The notes: generated by a model not told the origin, from the letters alone. Counted from the stretch's first letter, positions 49,073-58,404 are shown. The stretch: 64,000 bases of DNA from Polyangiaceae bacterium (GCA_044376115.1 JBILLK010000003.1:224001-288000), one strand, 5' to 3'. Made by a program: numbers and translations.

Positions 49073-51099
49073 GCGCGATGGACGCTCGCGATGACGACTT
49101 GCGCGCCATTCTGCTCGAGGAAGTTGTACGGCGAGAAGAAGAGGCGTTCGCGAGTGATGAACCTCAGGCAGCTCGGCGCGTAGCACACGCACTCAAGGGC
49201 ACGCTCGGGCTAGCTGGCGAGCGTGAGGCCTCCGAGTCGTTTGCCCGAGTCGAGCGGCGCATCGCTGCAGGAGATCCTGAGGCGATCGCCGATCTGCGTC
49301 GGGCCATCACCGGCGTGAGAGCGCTGCTCGAACAGGGCGCCGCGCTGCCCTCGAGCACCTGGCCCGAGCCACCGCATGATTTGGCGCCGTCAGCTATCGA
49401 CAATGAAGAGCTAAGTCACTACCTCGCCGCCGTCCATGATCGGCTGTCGCGAATTGATGCTGTGCTGGGCGGCGAGACCTCGCCTGACCTATCGGTGCGC
49501 GAAATCTACCGTGAGGTTCACACCATCAAAGGCGCAGCGCTCGCCACCGGCGATGAGGTGATGGCCTGGTTCTGTCACGGTCTCGAGGAGCGGCTGCGGG
49601 TGCTGAGCAACACGGAAGAGTTCGCTCGAGCGCTCGAGGAGGTGGAGGCGCATCGCGGCATCATCGCTGAAGTCGCGACTGCTCCTGCCCACGCGCTCTC
49701 GACTCTGCGTATTCGCACGGTGATCCCGCAGCGCCCGTCGCAAGCGCCGCTCGCCCTTCCTCTGCCGCCGCGTCGCCCGCTCGTTGACAGTCAGCGTGAA
49801 TCGGAGGCGCGCGAGCTTTCGGCTGACGCGAGCGTTCGTGTGTCGAGCGCGCTGCTCGACAGTTTGTTTGAGCGGGCCACGCAGCTGAGCCCCCTACGAT
49901 CGCGTCTTGTTTCCGGCTCCGACGAACTCGCGAGCAGGCATTCTCGGCTCGCAGAGTACGCCGCGGAACTTCGCGAGGCGTTGCGTCTGATTGGTCCGCC
50001 AAAGCCGTGGGGCGCGCCCGCGCGTGCGCTCAAGCTGATCGAGGGCTGCGCTGACGGCTTGGCCACGGCCGCCGAAGACGTGCGTTCCGTGGCGCTCGAC
50101 GTCCGCGAAATTTCAACTCGCATCGCCCGGGATGGTGAGGCCTTGACCAGCTCGGTGCATGCGCTGCGCACGAGTGATGCGGCCACCCTCTTCGAGCGCT
50201 TGATCGCCAGCGGCCAGAGCGAGGCGCGTCACCAAGGCAAGTCGATCGAGTTCGTGCAGGTGGGTGGTGAGGTACGCATCGACCGAAAGCTGATTGAGGG
50301 TCTCGTCGAGCCGTTGCGTCAGGTGATTCGCAACTCGGTAGTGCACGGTATCGAGAGCGCAGAAGAACGCGAGCTGGGCGGTAAGCGGACGCAGGGAACG
50401 GTTTCGATACGGGCGTGGCTCGACGCTGGAACGCTTCATTTTACGATCGAGGACGACGGTCGCGGCGTCGATATTGCTGCCGTTCGCGAGCGCGCTCTCG
50501 CCGCCCGACTCGGCGTAGCCGAGGAAGTATCGACGATGAGCGAACATGAGGTGCTGGACCTCTTGTTCCTACCTGGCTTCTCGCTGCGTGACGCTGCAGA
50601 CCTCGTTGCCGGGCGCGGAGTCGGTCTCGACCTGGCCCATGCAGCCGTCGAACGACTCGGGGGTACGATCCAGCTTCGCTCGGAACACGGCCGAGGCTTG
50701 CAAACGACGCTGGGATTTCCGGCGGAAGGTACGTTGGTGCGGGTGGTTTGGTTGCGCTCAGGCGGCCAGTCCTTCGCGCTCACGGTGCGAGCGACTGGGC
50801 GAGTTCTCCTTCCCGAGGAGGCCGGTGGTCCGCCTGCGTTGTCGACTCTCTTGCGCAGGACCGCTGGGCTTGCACGCTCGCGACTCGCGCTCGAAGTCGT
50901 TCCCTTGGTAGGTGGAGTCGAGCCAGTGTTCGTGGGCGTGGACGAGGTCGGTGCGATCGAGGAGGTCGCGGTGCGTCCCATTCCCCCGCTCGCCCGCAGC
51001 GTCGGTCCTTATTCAGCAGCGGTCGCCTTCGGCGATGAGCTCCGCCTCGTGCTCGATCCAATGCGGCTCGCGCAACGCCACCGAAGGTGGATGCAGTGA
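49069..51099 (+). CDS. cheA: CheA-type histidine kinase with two Hpt domains
   Basis: AHALKG and VHTIKG (Hpt), SVRV...LLD.L (P3), EPL...IRNSVVHGIE, DDGRG, FLPGFS, GRGVGLD, degenerate P5. Confidence 0.85.
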   Translation: MSAMDARDDDLRAILLEEVVRREEEAFASDEPQAARRVAHALKGTLGLAGEREASESFARVERRIAAGDPEAIADLRRAITGVRALLEQGAALPSSTWPEPPHDLAPSAIDNEELSHYLAAVHDRLSRIDAVLGGETSPDLSVREIYREVHTIKGAALATGDEVMAWFCHGLEERLRVLSNTEEFARALEEVEAHRGIIAEVATAPAHALSTLRIRTVIPQRPSQAPLALPLPPRRPLVDSQRESEARELSADASVRVSSALLDSLFERATQLSPLRSRLVSGSDELASRHSRLAEYAAELREALRLIGPPKPWGAPARALKLIEGCADGLATAAEDVRSVALDVREISTRIARDGEALTSSVHALRTSDAATLFERLIASGQSEARHQGKSIEFVQVGGEVRIDRKLIEGLVEPLRQVIRNSVVHGIESAEERELGGKRTQGTVSIRAWLDAGTLHFTIEDDGRGVDIAAVRERALAARLGVAEEVSTMSEHEVLDLLFLPGFSLRDAADLVAGRGVGLDLAHAAVERLGGTIQLRSEHGRGLQTTLGFPAEGTLVRVVWLRSGGQSFALTVRATGRVLLPEEAGGPPALSTLLRRTAGLARSRLALEVVPLVGGVEPVFVGVDEVGAIEEVAVRPIPPLARSVGPYSAAVAFGDELRLVLDPMRLAQRHRRWMQ

Positions 51100-51186
51100 A
51101 TGACTCGTGCCCTGTTCGAGAAGAACGCCGAAGGCCCCAATGAACGTTCGACCGTGGCACGACTCTCGGGAGTAACATCCGAGCCG

Positions 51187-51918
51187 ATGCGAAGCTACCT
51201 CAGGTCTGGAGCGCGCTTGGTCGCGTCGACGTTGACGCTGCTGCTAGCGTTGAACGGTTGCTCCGACCGCAAGGAGGGCGAGCCGTGTACCTCACCAGAG
51301 GATGGCGCCCGTTGCCTGGATAGCGCGACGGCTCTCGTTTGCAGCGAGCAAAGACTGGTGCGCTTCCCTTGCAAGGGCGCGCTCGGATGTACTCAGAATC
51401 AAGAGAGTGTCCGCTGCGATGGCACCGTTGCCGCGGAAGGGGATCGTTGTGAAGAAGGGTCCTTTACTTGCAGCGAGGACGGTAAAGCGCGGCTCAAGTG
51501 CATCAATGGCAAGTACGTCGCTGATGCCCTGTGCCGTGGTGATGACGGCTGTAGCGTCGCCGGCGTCGTCACCCATTGTGATTCCTCCAAGGCCGAGGTC
51601 GGCGAGGCCTGCGAGAACGTAGGTAGTTTGGCCTGCTCGCCAGACGGAAGCACGATGCTGGTGTGCGAAGGGCTGTGGAAAGCTGGCTCGCGCTGCAAAA
51701 AGGGATGCCGTCGCCGCGGGAGCGCAGAGAGCGGTGTCGTAGAGTGCGAGGAAGAGGAAGCAAAGGCATCAGGGCCTTGTGCACCTGACGGCGCCATAGC
51801 GTGTGAGCAAGGTGGTAAAGAGCTGCTCAAGTGCTTTTCCGGCCGCTATCAGAAGAGCAAGCCCTGCCCGGGCCCCACCGGCTGCACGAGTGAGGGGTTT
51901 TCCGTTCAATGCGACTAG
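51187..51918 (+). CDS. Cys-rich repeat lipoprotein
   Basis: Lipobox LNGC; about four G..C......C..DG...L.C.......C.G..GC repeats; ATG 51187 chosen. Confidence 0.8.
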   Translation: MRSYLRSGARLVASTLTLLLALNGCSDRKEGEPCTSPEDGARCLDSATALVCSEQRLVRFPCKGALGCTQNQESVRCDGTVAAEGDRCEEGSFTCSEDGKARLKCINGKYVADALCRGDDGCSVAGVVTHCDSSKAEVGEACENVGSLACSPDGSTMLVCEGLWKAGSRCKKGCRRRGSAESGVVECEEEEAKASGPCAPDGAIACEQGGKELLKCFSGRYQKSKPCPGPTGCTSEGFSVQCD

Positions 51919-51938
51919 AAGCCAAATAGGGCTTTCCT

Positions 51939-53285
51939 TTGAAGCTTCAACGTCTCATTGCCACGTTCCGTACGTTGCTGGCGACGCCGCTGCTAGCACA
52001 GCCGACGCTCTTACTCGGCTGCCTAATTGTGATGCAGACCCTACTCATCAATCTGCTTGTCGCAGCGTACGAACAAGCGGACTGCGCTTGGCTTTTCAGC
52101 CTGTTCATGGACCGCTATGAGCTAGCCGCTGATTCTTGGCGCCCAATGCATGTAGCGGTTCTTACCGTTAGCGCCGACGGACCCCAAGATCTTTACAATA
52201 AGGTGTACTTCGCATCGGGGTACCAGTTCATTTACCCACCACAGGGCCTTGCTTGTTTTGAGCTGCTCGACCGGCTGCAGCTCGTTGCGTGGTCAAACTT
52301 CTCTGCACTCAATCGAGCGGCGAAGCTTGCCTTCGTTCTAACCGGCGCGTTCAGCGGCCTGCTCGCGCGTAAGCTCAGCCCAGCTCCCTTTCGACCGACC
52401 GTTATCGGGGCGCTCTTTTTGGGAGTGCTCGCGGCGATGACCTTCTACCCGCTTGTTCGAGGAGTCGAGTTGGGACAGGTTCAAACCTGGTTGAGCTTGT
52501 TCCTCGTCCTTTCGATCTGTGCGTTTGCTTACGAACGCAAGCTGCTGGCAGGAGTCATGTTGGGCCTGGTCATCGTCGTCAAGCCGCACCTCGGCGTCGC
52601 GGTTCTGTGGGCGCTCGTGCGGCGAGAACATCGGCTCGCCATGGGGACCTTATTGGTCTTGGCCGGCTCCACGGTTTTGTCGCTTGCCTTCTATGGGCCT
52701 GGCCTTCACGCGGACTATGCGAAGCTATTAGGCTTCCTTTCGACTCGGGCCGAGCCATTCTACGCGAATCAGTCGCTTTCGGGGCTGCTGCACCGACTCG
52801 CCTTCAACGGCAATAGCCTGGTATGGGACGGGACGCATACTCACGCGGTACCGCTTCCTTGGGTCAACCTCCTAAGCCGAGTGTTTGCCGTTGGCGGCGT
52901 TCTGGCGGCTCTGGTTTGGCGTCGCGATCAGAGTCCTTTCGGCGCAGCGATGAACTTTGCCATCATCCTTTTGACCGCGACCGTGGTGTCGCCAGTTGCT
53001 TATGAGCACCACTATGGATTTTGCGTCTGCTTGTTTCTCGTGCTCGGAAGCCGACTCTTTGCCCAACGTCGCTGGGGAACTAACCATTGGTTGCTGATGC
53101 TCAGCTATGCAGTTTCAGCAAACTTCTTCGGTATGACCCGGCAATTCGCTACTTCCAACCTCAATGTGATTCAATCTTATCAATTCATTGCCAGCGTGCT
53201 TCTGCTGGGACTCGCCTACAAGCTCACTTCGGAACGCGTCGCCTCTCCGCCACTCCGCGGGAGCCGCGCGACCCAGTCCAAGTAG
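51939..53285 (+). CDS. Glycosyltransferase family 87 (DUF2029)-like membrane protein
   Basis: FIYPP, LGQ, KP, NQSL.G, SP...EHH; polytopic; more AT-rich than its neighbours. Confidence 0.8.
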   Translation: MKLQRLIATFRTLLATPLLAQPTLLLGCLIVMQTLLINLLVAAYEQADCAWLFSLFMDRYELAADSWRPMHVAVLTVSADGPQDLYNKVYFASGYQFIYPPQGLACFELLDRLQLVAWSNFSALNRAAKLAFVLTGAFSGLLARKLSPAPFRPTVIGALFLGVLAAMTFYPLVRGVELGQVQTWLSLFLVLSICAFAYERKLLAGVMLGLVIVVKPHLGVAVLWALVRREHRLAMGTLLVLAGSTVLSLAFYGPGLHADYAKLLGFLSTRAEPFYANQSLSGLLHRLAFNGNSLVWDGTHTHAVPLPWVNLLSRVFAVGGVLAALVWRRDQSPFGAAMNFAIILLTATVVSPVAYEHHYGFCVCLFLVLGSRLFAQRRWGTNHWLLMLSYAVSANFFGMTRQFATSNLNVIQSYQFIASVLLLGLAYKLTSERVASPPLRGSRATQSK

Positions 53286-54709
53286 CTCTTGAGCTTGAAC
53301 TTCTTGGCGGTGCTGTCGGATGACATATAGCGAACCTGGCCCAGTACAGGGCGCTCGGGCGCCCAGGGTCGATCAAAAAGGCCAAAGCACCAAAGGATAC
53401 CCGTGTAAGAGTTAGGGTTTCTGCCGTCTAGTGCGTACTTGTTATTGAGGTGGACCAAGGTCTGATAAGCGGTCTCTGGATCGCTCGACCATTCAAGCAC
53501 CTTCTTGCCCCAGAGCATACGCAGGTAGTTGTGAATGACCCCTGTCGCTACCAGCTCTTTTTGCGCAGCGTTCCAAAGCTCATCGTGGGTCTCGCCGCGC
53601 TCCCATTGTTCGAGCGAGTAGGTGAAGCTCCGTTTATCCGCGGCGTGTGCCTTGAGTGTATTGATGGCCCAGCTGGGTAGGGCGGATTCGAGAGAGCGAG
53701 TATCAAGCCGCCGAGTCCAATGCCAGACGTAACCGACGTCGCGCCAGGTGATCGCCTCGTCCAGGAACGAGTTGACGTTGTCGTCGTCGGAGAAAAAGCC
53801 TTCGCGCTTTGCGAGGTTTGTGCGGTTGAAGGTAGGACCTCCCGGGAGGGTAGCGAGTACACTGTGAACCACTTCGTCGATGCTCAGGTGGCCAAAGTGC
53901 AAGTAGGGTGAAAGCCCAGAGCCGTGCATCGCGCTCGGGGCGGCGGGCTTTGAACGGTCTTCAGCGTAGATGCCGAGCCCTGTTTTCAGGAAGGCACGGA
54001 GTTGCGCTCGCGCCGCGGTGGTCCCGCCTGGCTTGGCTGATACCCTAGCCACCGACTGGTCGATGGGGAGGGACGCTATCAAGGTATCCAATTGGGCCAA
54101 GTCAGCTGTCTGAAAGGGCGGCTCAATAGCAGCTTGCTGGAGCTCCTGAACGGCTGGTACATGGGCCGACAGGTGCGTATAGGCGGTCTCGAAGTTTTGG
54201 TGCAACCTGCGCCGCAGATGCACAGCAGCAAAGGGCGGGGTCCCCAATAGGCTGATAGGGACAACGCTGTTGTTATCCACGGCAAAGACGGCCTTAGAAA
54301 AGCTCGCCACGGCTTTGGATTGGTCTGGAATGATAAAACAGGGGAAGTCGTCTGTGACGACGAGACATGCCCCGTTGACGATCTTGCGCAGGAGGCCCTT
54401 GGCGGGTTGTGCGGCGCTTTCGACGAATGGCCAATAGTCAATGCCTAGCTCGGCTGCGGTGGCGGCGTTGTCACGCATGCCCTCGATGATGAAGCCCGAG
54501 AAGCGTGCACTCGCCCACGGGTAGTCAAGACGCAGGCCCTCATAGACGACGAGCGGTTTGCCCAGTTGCTTCGCGCAGGTAGCGGCGTAATCGAGCGCGT
54601 GGTTCCAGGAGAGCCTGCGCGCCGACTGCATCCAATAGAGAACGTAGGGCGAGGCCTTATCGACTGGGGTCTCGTTGAGCCGTCGGATCCGGGCCTGATT
54701 GTAGGACAT
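53216..54709 (-). CDS. Deoxyribodipyrimidine photolyase (class II CPD type)
   Basis: YVLYWMQ..RR...NHAL, SGLSPYLHFG, THD.LWNAAQ, HNYLRMLWGKK, NNKYALDGRNPNSY; start ATG 54709. Confidence 0.93.
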   Translation of the reverse strand: MSYNQARIRRLNETPVDKASPYVLYWMQSARRLSWNHALDYAATCAKQLGKPLVVYEGLRLDYPWASARFSGFIIEGMRDNAATAAELGIDYWPFVESAAQPAKGLLRKIVNGACLVVTDDFPCFIIPDQSKAVASFSKAVFAVDNNSVVPISLLGTPPFAAVHLRRRLHQNFETAYTHLSAHVPAVQELQQAAIEPPFQTADLAQLDTLIASLPIDQSVARVSAKPGGTTAARAQLRAFLKTGLGIYAEDRSKPAAPSAMHGSGLSPYLHFGHLSIDEVVHSVLATLPGGPTFNRTNLAKREGFFSDDDNVNSFLDEAITWRDVGYVWHWTRRLDTRSLESALPSWAINTLKAHAADKRSFTYSLEQWERGETHDELWNAAQKELVATGVIHNYLRMLWGKKVLEWSSDPETAYQTLVHLNNKYALDGRNPNSYTGILWCFGLFDRPWAPERPVLGQVRYMSSDSTAKKFKLKSYLDWVARLPRSGGEATRSEVSL

Positions 54710-54845
54710 AGCGCCACGCAGCATAGTCGAAGGCCTCATGGGACAATCGACGTTGGCGCAGGTCATTGCAACAGACTGTTTCGAGCTCGCGTGACTAGCC
54801 CGGACGCTTGCTGAAGGTCGCAGAGGAGGCCAGATTGGGCGGGTC

Positions 54846-55889
54846 ATGAGCAATACGCCCGATCAAGTCCCGGTTCAGTCCCGCGTCGTCAGAGAGATCC
54901 CTCTCGGATTCCCTTGGGAGACGCGTGACCCCTTTCTCTTTTGTGTACATCACGAAGACTTTTATCCCCAAGGCAATGAGCAGATGGGCCCCCGAGCCTC
55001 GCTTGCCGGTCGTAATTTGGGGCAGGACTTCACCGTGAAGGACGGCTTTCGCATGTACCACGGGGAGATCGTCCCAGGCTTTCCGCAGCACCCGCACCGC
55101 GGCTTCGAGACGATCACGATCGCCCGTCGAGGCTTCATTGACCACTCCGATTCGCTTGGTGCCGCGGCCCGTTTTGGAACGGGCGACGTGCAGTGGATGA
55201 CGGCCGGCAAAGGCATCGTTCATTCCGAAATGTTCCCGCTCATCTCGGAGACCGAGCCAAACACCGTCGAGCTATTTCAGATTTGGCTCAACTTGCCGGC
55301 CGCCGACAAGATGGTTGAACCGCACTTCAAGATGTTGTGGGCGGAGTCGCTACCGCGTGTGGTCGTCGATGCAGCAGGCTCGTCAACCGTGACGGTGATC
55401 GCTGGTCAGTTCGCCGGTCAGGCAGCCCCATCGCCGCCGCCGAGCTCGTGGGCCTCCAAACAGGAGGCCGACATAGCGATCTTCGCGATCGTGCTCGGGC
55501 CCAACGGCACGGTCGCGCTCCCGACCCTGGCTCCCGGCGTGGAGCGAACGCTGTATTTCTTTAAGGGCTCGGAGTTGGTCGTGAACGATCAGCGCTTCGG
55601 ACGCCATGTTGGGCTCGAGGTCTCACCCGGCGAGCAGACCCTCACCGCTGGTGAAAGCGGCGCCGAGATCTTGGTGCTCCAAGGGCGGCCATTGCGTGAA
55701 CGGGTCGCCCAATATGGGCCCTTCGTGATGAACACACAGGCTGAATTGCAGCAGGCTTTCGTCGACTACCGTCGAACCCAGTTCGGTGGATGGCCTTGGC
55801 CCGAGGACGCTCCGGTCCACCCTCGAGCCGAAGGACGCTTCGCGCGTCACGTGGACGGACGTCTCGAGCGCCCCGAAATAAAAGCGTGA
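54846..55889 (+). CDS. Pirin family protein
   Basis: DPFL, HPHRGFETIT, H.DS.G, MTAGKGIVHSE, QIWLNLP, GPFVMN. Confidence 0.93.
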   Translation: MSNTPDQVPVQSRVVREIPLGFPWETRDPFLFCVHHEDFYPQGNEQMGPRASLAGRNLGQDFTVKDGFRMYHGEIVPGFPQHPHRGFETITIARRGFIDHSDSLGAAARFGTGDVQWMTAGKGIVHSEMFPLISETEPNTVELFQIWLNLPAADKMVEPHFKMLWAESLPRVVVDAAGSSTVTVIAGQFAGQAAPSPPPSSWASKQEADIAIFAIVLGPNGTVALPTLAPGVERTLYFFKGSELVVNDQRFGRHVGLEVSPGEQTLTAGESGAEILVLQGRPLRERVAQYGPFVMNTQAELQQAFVDYRRTQFGGWPWPEDAPVHPRAEGRFARHVDGRLERPEIKA

Positions 55890-55919
55890 CTTTCCCTTTC
55901 TGCGGGCAGTTCTTGGGTG

Positions 55920-55955
55920 TATGATGTTTGAACAACGGTATTCAAACCATGGACA
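55920..55955 (+). promoter_or_regulatory. Putative -10 box and operator upstream of the CarH-like gene
   Basis: TATGAT 55920-55925; inverted repeat GTTTGAA-N8-TTCAAAC 55926-55947; TnnACA-like boxes at 55929, 55939, 55950. Confidence 0.5.
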
Positions 55956-56938
55956 ACCTCTCCCCGCGCTACCGGATTCACGCCGTAAGCCAACTCACTG
56001 GTGTTTCTACGGCGACACTGCGAGCGTGGGAGCGGCGCTACGGCTTCCCAAGCCCCTCGCGCACCACGTCTGCTTATCGGCTGTACAGCGACTTCGATGT
56101 CGACCTGCTCAAGCGTATGCGAGCGCTGGTGGAGTCGGGGATCGCTCCCAATGAGGCCGCTCGTGAGCTTCTGGAGAGCTCCAGCCAGACGCTCACGGCG
56201 CCCTTGCTCACAGAGGTCGAAGACCCTTACCAAACGGCCTCTGCCCGCATCGTGGAAGCCGCGGCGCGGCTCGATACGACTGCGCTCAATCGGGAGGTGC
56301 GGCGCGCGCTGCTGCTGGATTCAGGGTTGGTCGCCTTCGAGCGAATCCTGCGGCCCGCGCTGGTGGAGATCGGTGAGCGGTGGCATCGCGGCGAGGTTTC
56401 GATCGCGAGTGAACACTTCGCTTCGCACGTCATCTCCGCAGCCACGCTCGATCTGCTGCGCATGATCACGATTCCGGTGGATGCTCCAACCGTTCTTTTG
56501 GCGTGCTTTGCGGAAGAGAACCATGTGCTACCGCTCTACGGCGCAGCGCTCGAGCTGGCCACTTGGGGGTTCCGGCCCATCATTCTCGGCGCGAGGACCC
56601 CGCCATCTGCGATTGCCCGCGCCAATCAAGCGTTGAAGCCGGACATCGTTGGTCTCTCGTGTACGTTGGCGCCAGAGCCTGCAAGTGCAGCTCGCGAACT
56701 CGTGGACGCCTATGCAGACGCTTGCCCGAACACACCTTTCGTAGTCGGCGGAATGGGGTCCAAAGAGCTGGAGCATTGGATCGTTGCTCGGGGCGGCAAG
56801 GTGATGCCAGCGAGTTCCTCCGAGCGGCGCAGACTGTTGGATCATCTGGTCGCGGCTGGTCGCTCTCGCACCTCAGAGCCTGCGCCTGAGGTCGTGGCCC
56901 TGGCCCCCAAGCCGCGCCGTCAAAAGCCAGTGCATTGA
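55949..56938 (+). CDS. MerR-family cobalamin-binding photoreceptor/repressor (CarH/CarA/LitR family)
   Basis: LRAWERRYG, YRLYS, W-x9-EH (WHRGEVSIASEH), ENH, LSCT, VVGG. Confidence 0.9.
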   Translation: MDNLSPRYRIHAVSQLTGVSTATLRAWERRYGFPSPSRTTSAYRLYSDFDVDLLKRMRALVESGIAPNEAARELLESSSQTLTAPLLTEVEDPYQTASARIVEAAARLDTTALNREVRRALLLDSGLVAFERILRPALVEIGERWHRGEVSIASEHFASHVISAATLDLLRMITIPVDAPTVLLACFAEENHVLPLYGAALELATWGFRPIILGARTPPSAIARANQALKPDIVGLSCTLAPEPASAARELVDAYADACPNTPFVVGGMGSKELEHWIVARGGKVMPASSSERRRLLDHLVAAGRSRTSEPAPEVVALAPKPRRQKPVH

Positions 56939-57018
56939 GGCGTTCGCAAGGCCGCCGATAGATTGTTAACGGCCGTGGACAAATGGTCGGCAGGGACGTT
57001 GCTGAGCGTATATTAGGC

Positions 57019-57033
57019 TGGCACGCTCATTGC
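57019..57033 (+). promoter_or_regulatory. Canonical sigma54 (-24/-12) promoter
   Basis: TGGCACG-CTCA-TTGC matches TGGCACG-N4-TTGC exactly; intergenic; the -12 C lies 13 nt before ATG 57046. Confidence 0.75.
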
Positions 57034-57045
57034 CCGTGGGTCGGG

Positions 57046-58404
57046 ATGTCCTTCCGCGAACGGTTTGCACTGCTATCATTCGGCCTGCTTTTGGGGGCCT
57101 GTGGTGATGACTCCTCTGAAACGGAGCCAGAGCCGAAGCCGGAGAACAATCCCCCCGTCTGGAGCAACGCTCCAACCGCCGCTACGAAGGTTGGTCAAGG
57201 CCAGAACGTTACGCTGCCAATCACTATTAGCGATGAGACGCCGGAGTCGGTTTCGCTCTCGGTTGTAAGCCCACCCGCTGGCTTGGAGGCTGAACTGTCA
57301 GAGGAGGGCGAGCTCTCGCTGTTGGTCCATGCAGGTTACGCATTGAGCGGTTCAACGTCGCTCACGGTGGAGCTGAGCGACGGAGAGAACACGACGAGCG
57401 TTGAGCTGGCGTTGGACGTGGTGCCGCTGCGCTGGCTCTCCAGCGAGACCTGGCCGGCGGCCGATGGGCCCGAGGCTCGTGAACATGGCAGCGTGGTAGT
57501 GGACGCTGAAGGCCGACAAGCCTTCCTGGTTGGTGGGTCTGGCTACTCACCGTACCTGGAGCCGTTTGGCGATGTTTGGCGTTACGACCTTGAAGCTCGC
57601 AGCTGGTCCCAGGTCGAGCCGAGTGCAGCCTTGCTTCCCGGCGCTTCGAGGAGGGTGGCCAGCGTCCCCGGGACCAAGAGCTCGTACCTCTTTGGGGGCT
57701 ACCGCGGAGCCACTGGCAATGAGCTACACAATGAGTTGCTGCGCGCAGAAGTAAGCGGAACCAGCATCGAGTTCACGCTGATTGAACAGGAGAACCCTCC
57801 TCCCGAGAGGGCGCTGCATGCCTTTGCCTACGACCCCGGGAGCCAGCGTTTTGTGGTTTTCGGCGGCGCAGGAGCTACGTTTTACAACGATGTCTGGATC
57901 GGCACATTGACGGGCGATGTGATGAGCTGGACCGAGGTACGAGCCGACGAGAAGCCCAAAGGTAGATTCGGGCTCTTCTACGGGATGGATACGGAGGCAG
58001 GGCGGCTAATCATCTATAGCGGTCAGACTAGCCAGACTAAGTTCGCCGACGATACCTGGGCGCTCGATGTCCGTGCCGAGACGCCGACTTGGGAGTTGCT
58101 CTCGGAGGGCGGGGGAGAAGGAGAGCCGCCGGGGCGCAGGAACGGTACCTTCCTATTCGATCCAACGGCGCCTCGCTTGTTCGTATTTGGCGGAACCTCC
58201 GATGGCGCCACGACTTCACCAGGACTCTTTGCCTTTGATGCCCGGGCCGGACACGCCGGTTGGGCCCGGCTCGATCTCGATGGGCAGCCCGACCTCCGTT
58301 CGAGCGGCTTCGGCTTCTTCGATCAGCAGCTTGGCCAAGCGTTCCTGGGCTTTGGTAACACGAGCAGCGCTGTTTATGCGGATTGGAGCGTACTCGGCTA
58401 TTGA
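57046..58404 (+). CDS. Lipoprotein with Ig-like domain and Kelch beta-propeller
   Basis: Lipobox LGAC; NNPP Ig-like stalk; repeated R..H/FGG/DVW..D...W Kelch motifs. Confidence 0.85.
   Translation: MSFRERFALLSFGLLLGACGDDSSETEPEPKPENNPPVWSNAPTAATKVGQGQNVTLPITISDETPESVSLSVVSPPAGLEAELSEEGELSLLVHAGYALSGSTSLTVELSDGENTTSVELALDVVPLRWLSSETWPAADGPEAREHGSVVVDAEGRQAFLVGGSGYSPYLEPFGDVWRYDLEARSWSQVEPSAALLPGASRRVASVPGTKSSYLFGGYRGATGNELHNELLRAEVSGTSIEFTLIEQENPPPERALHAFAYDPGSQRFVVFGGAGATFYNDVWIGTLTGDVMSWTEVRADEKPKGRFGLFYGMDTEAGRLIIYSGQTSQTKFADDTWALDVRAETPTWELLSEGGGEGEPPGRRNGTFLFDPTAPRLFVFGGTSDGATTSPGLFAFDARAGHAGWARLDLDGQPDLRSSGFGFFDQQLGQAFLGFGNTSSAVYADWSVLGY

Noticed and set aside
54710..54845. CarH operator between photolyase and pirin
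   Set aside because: Only isolated GGGACA and GCAACA; no 11-bp periodic TnnACA array.
56080..56089. Third CTGTACAG palindrome
   Set aside because: Inside the CarH coding region at the conserved RLYS codons; probably chance.
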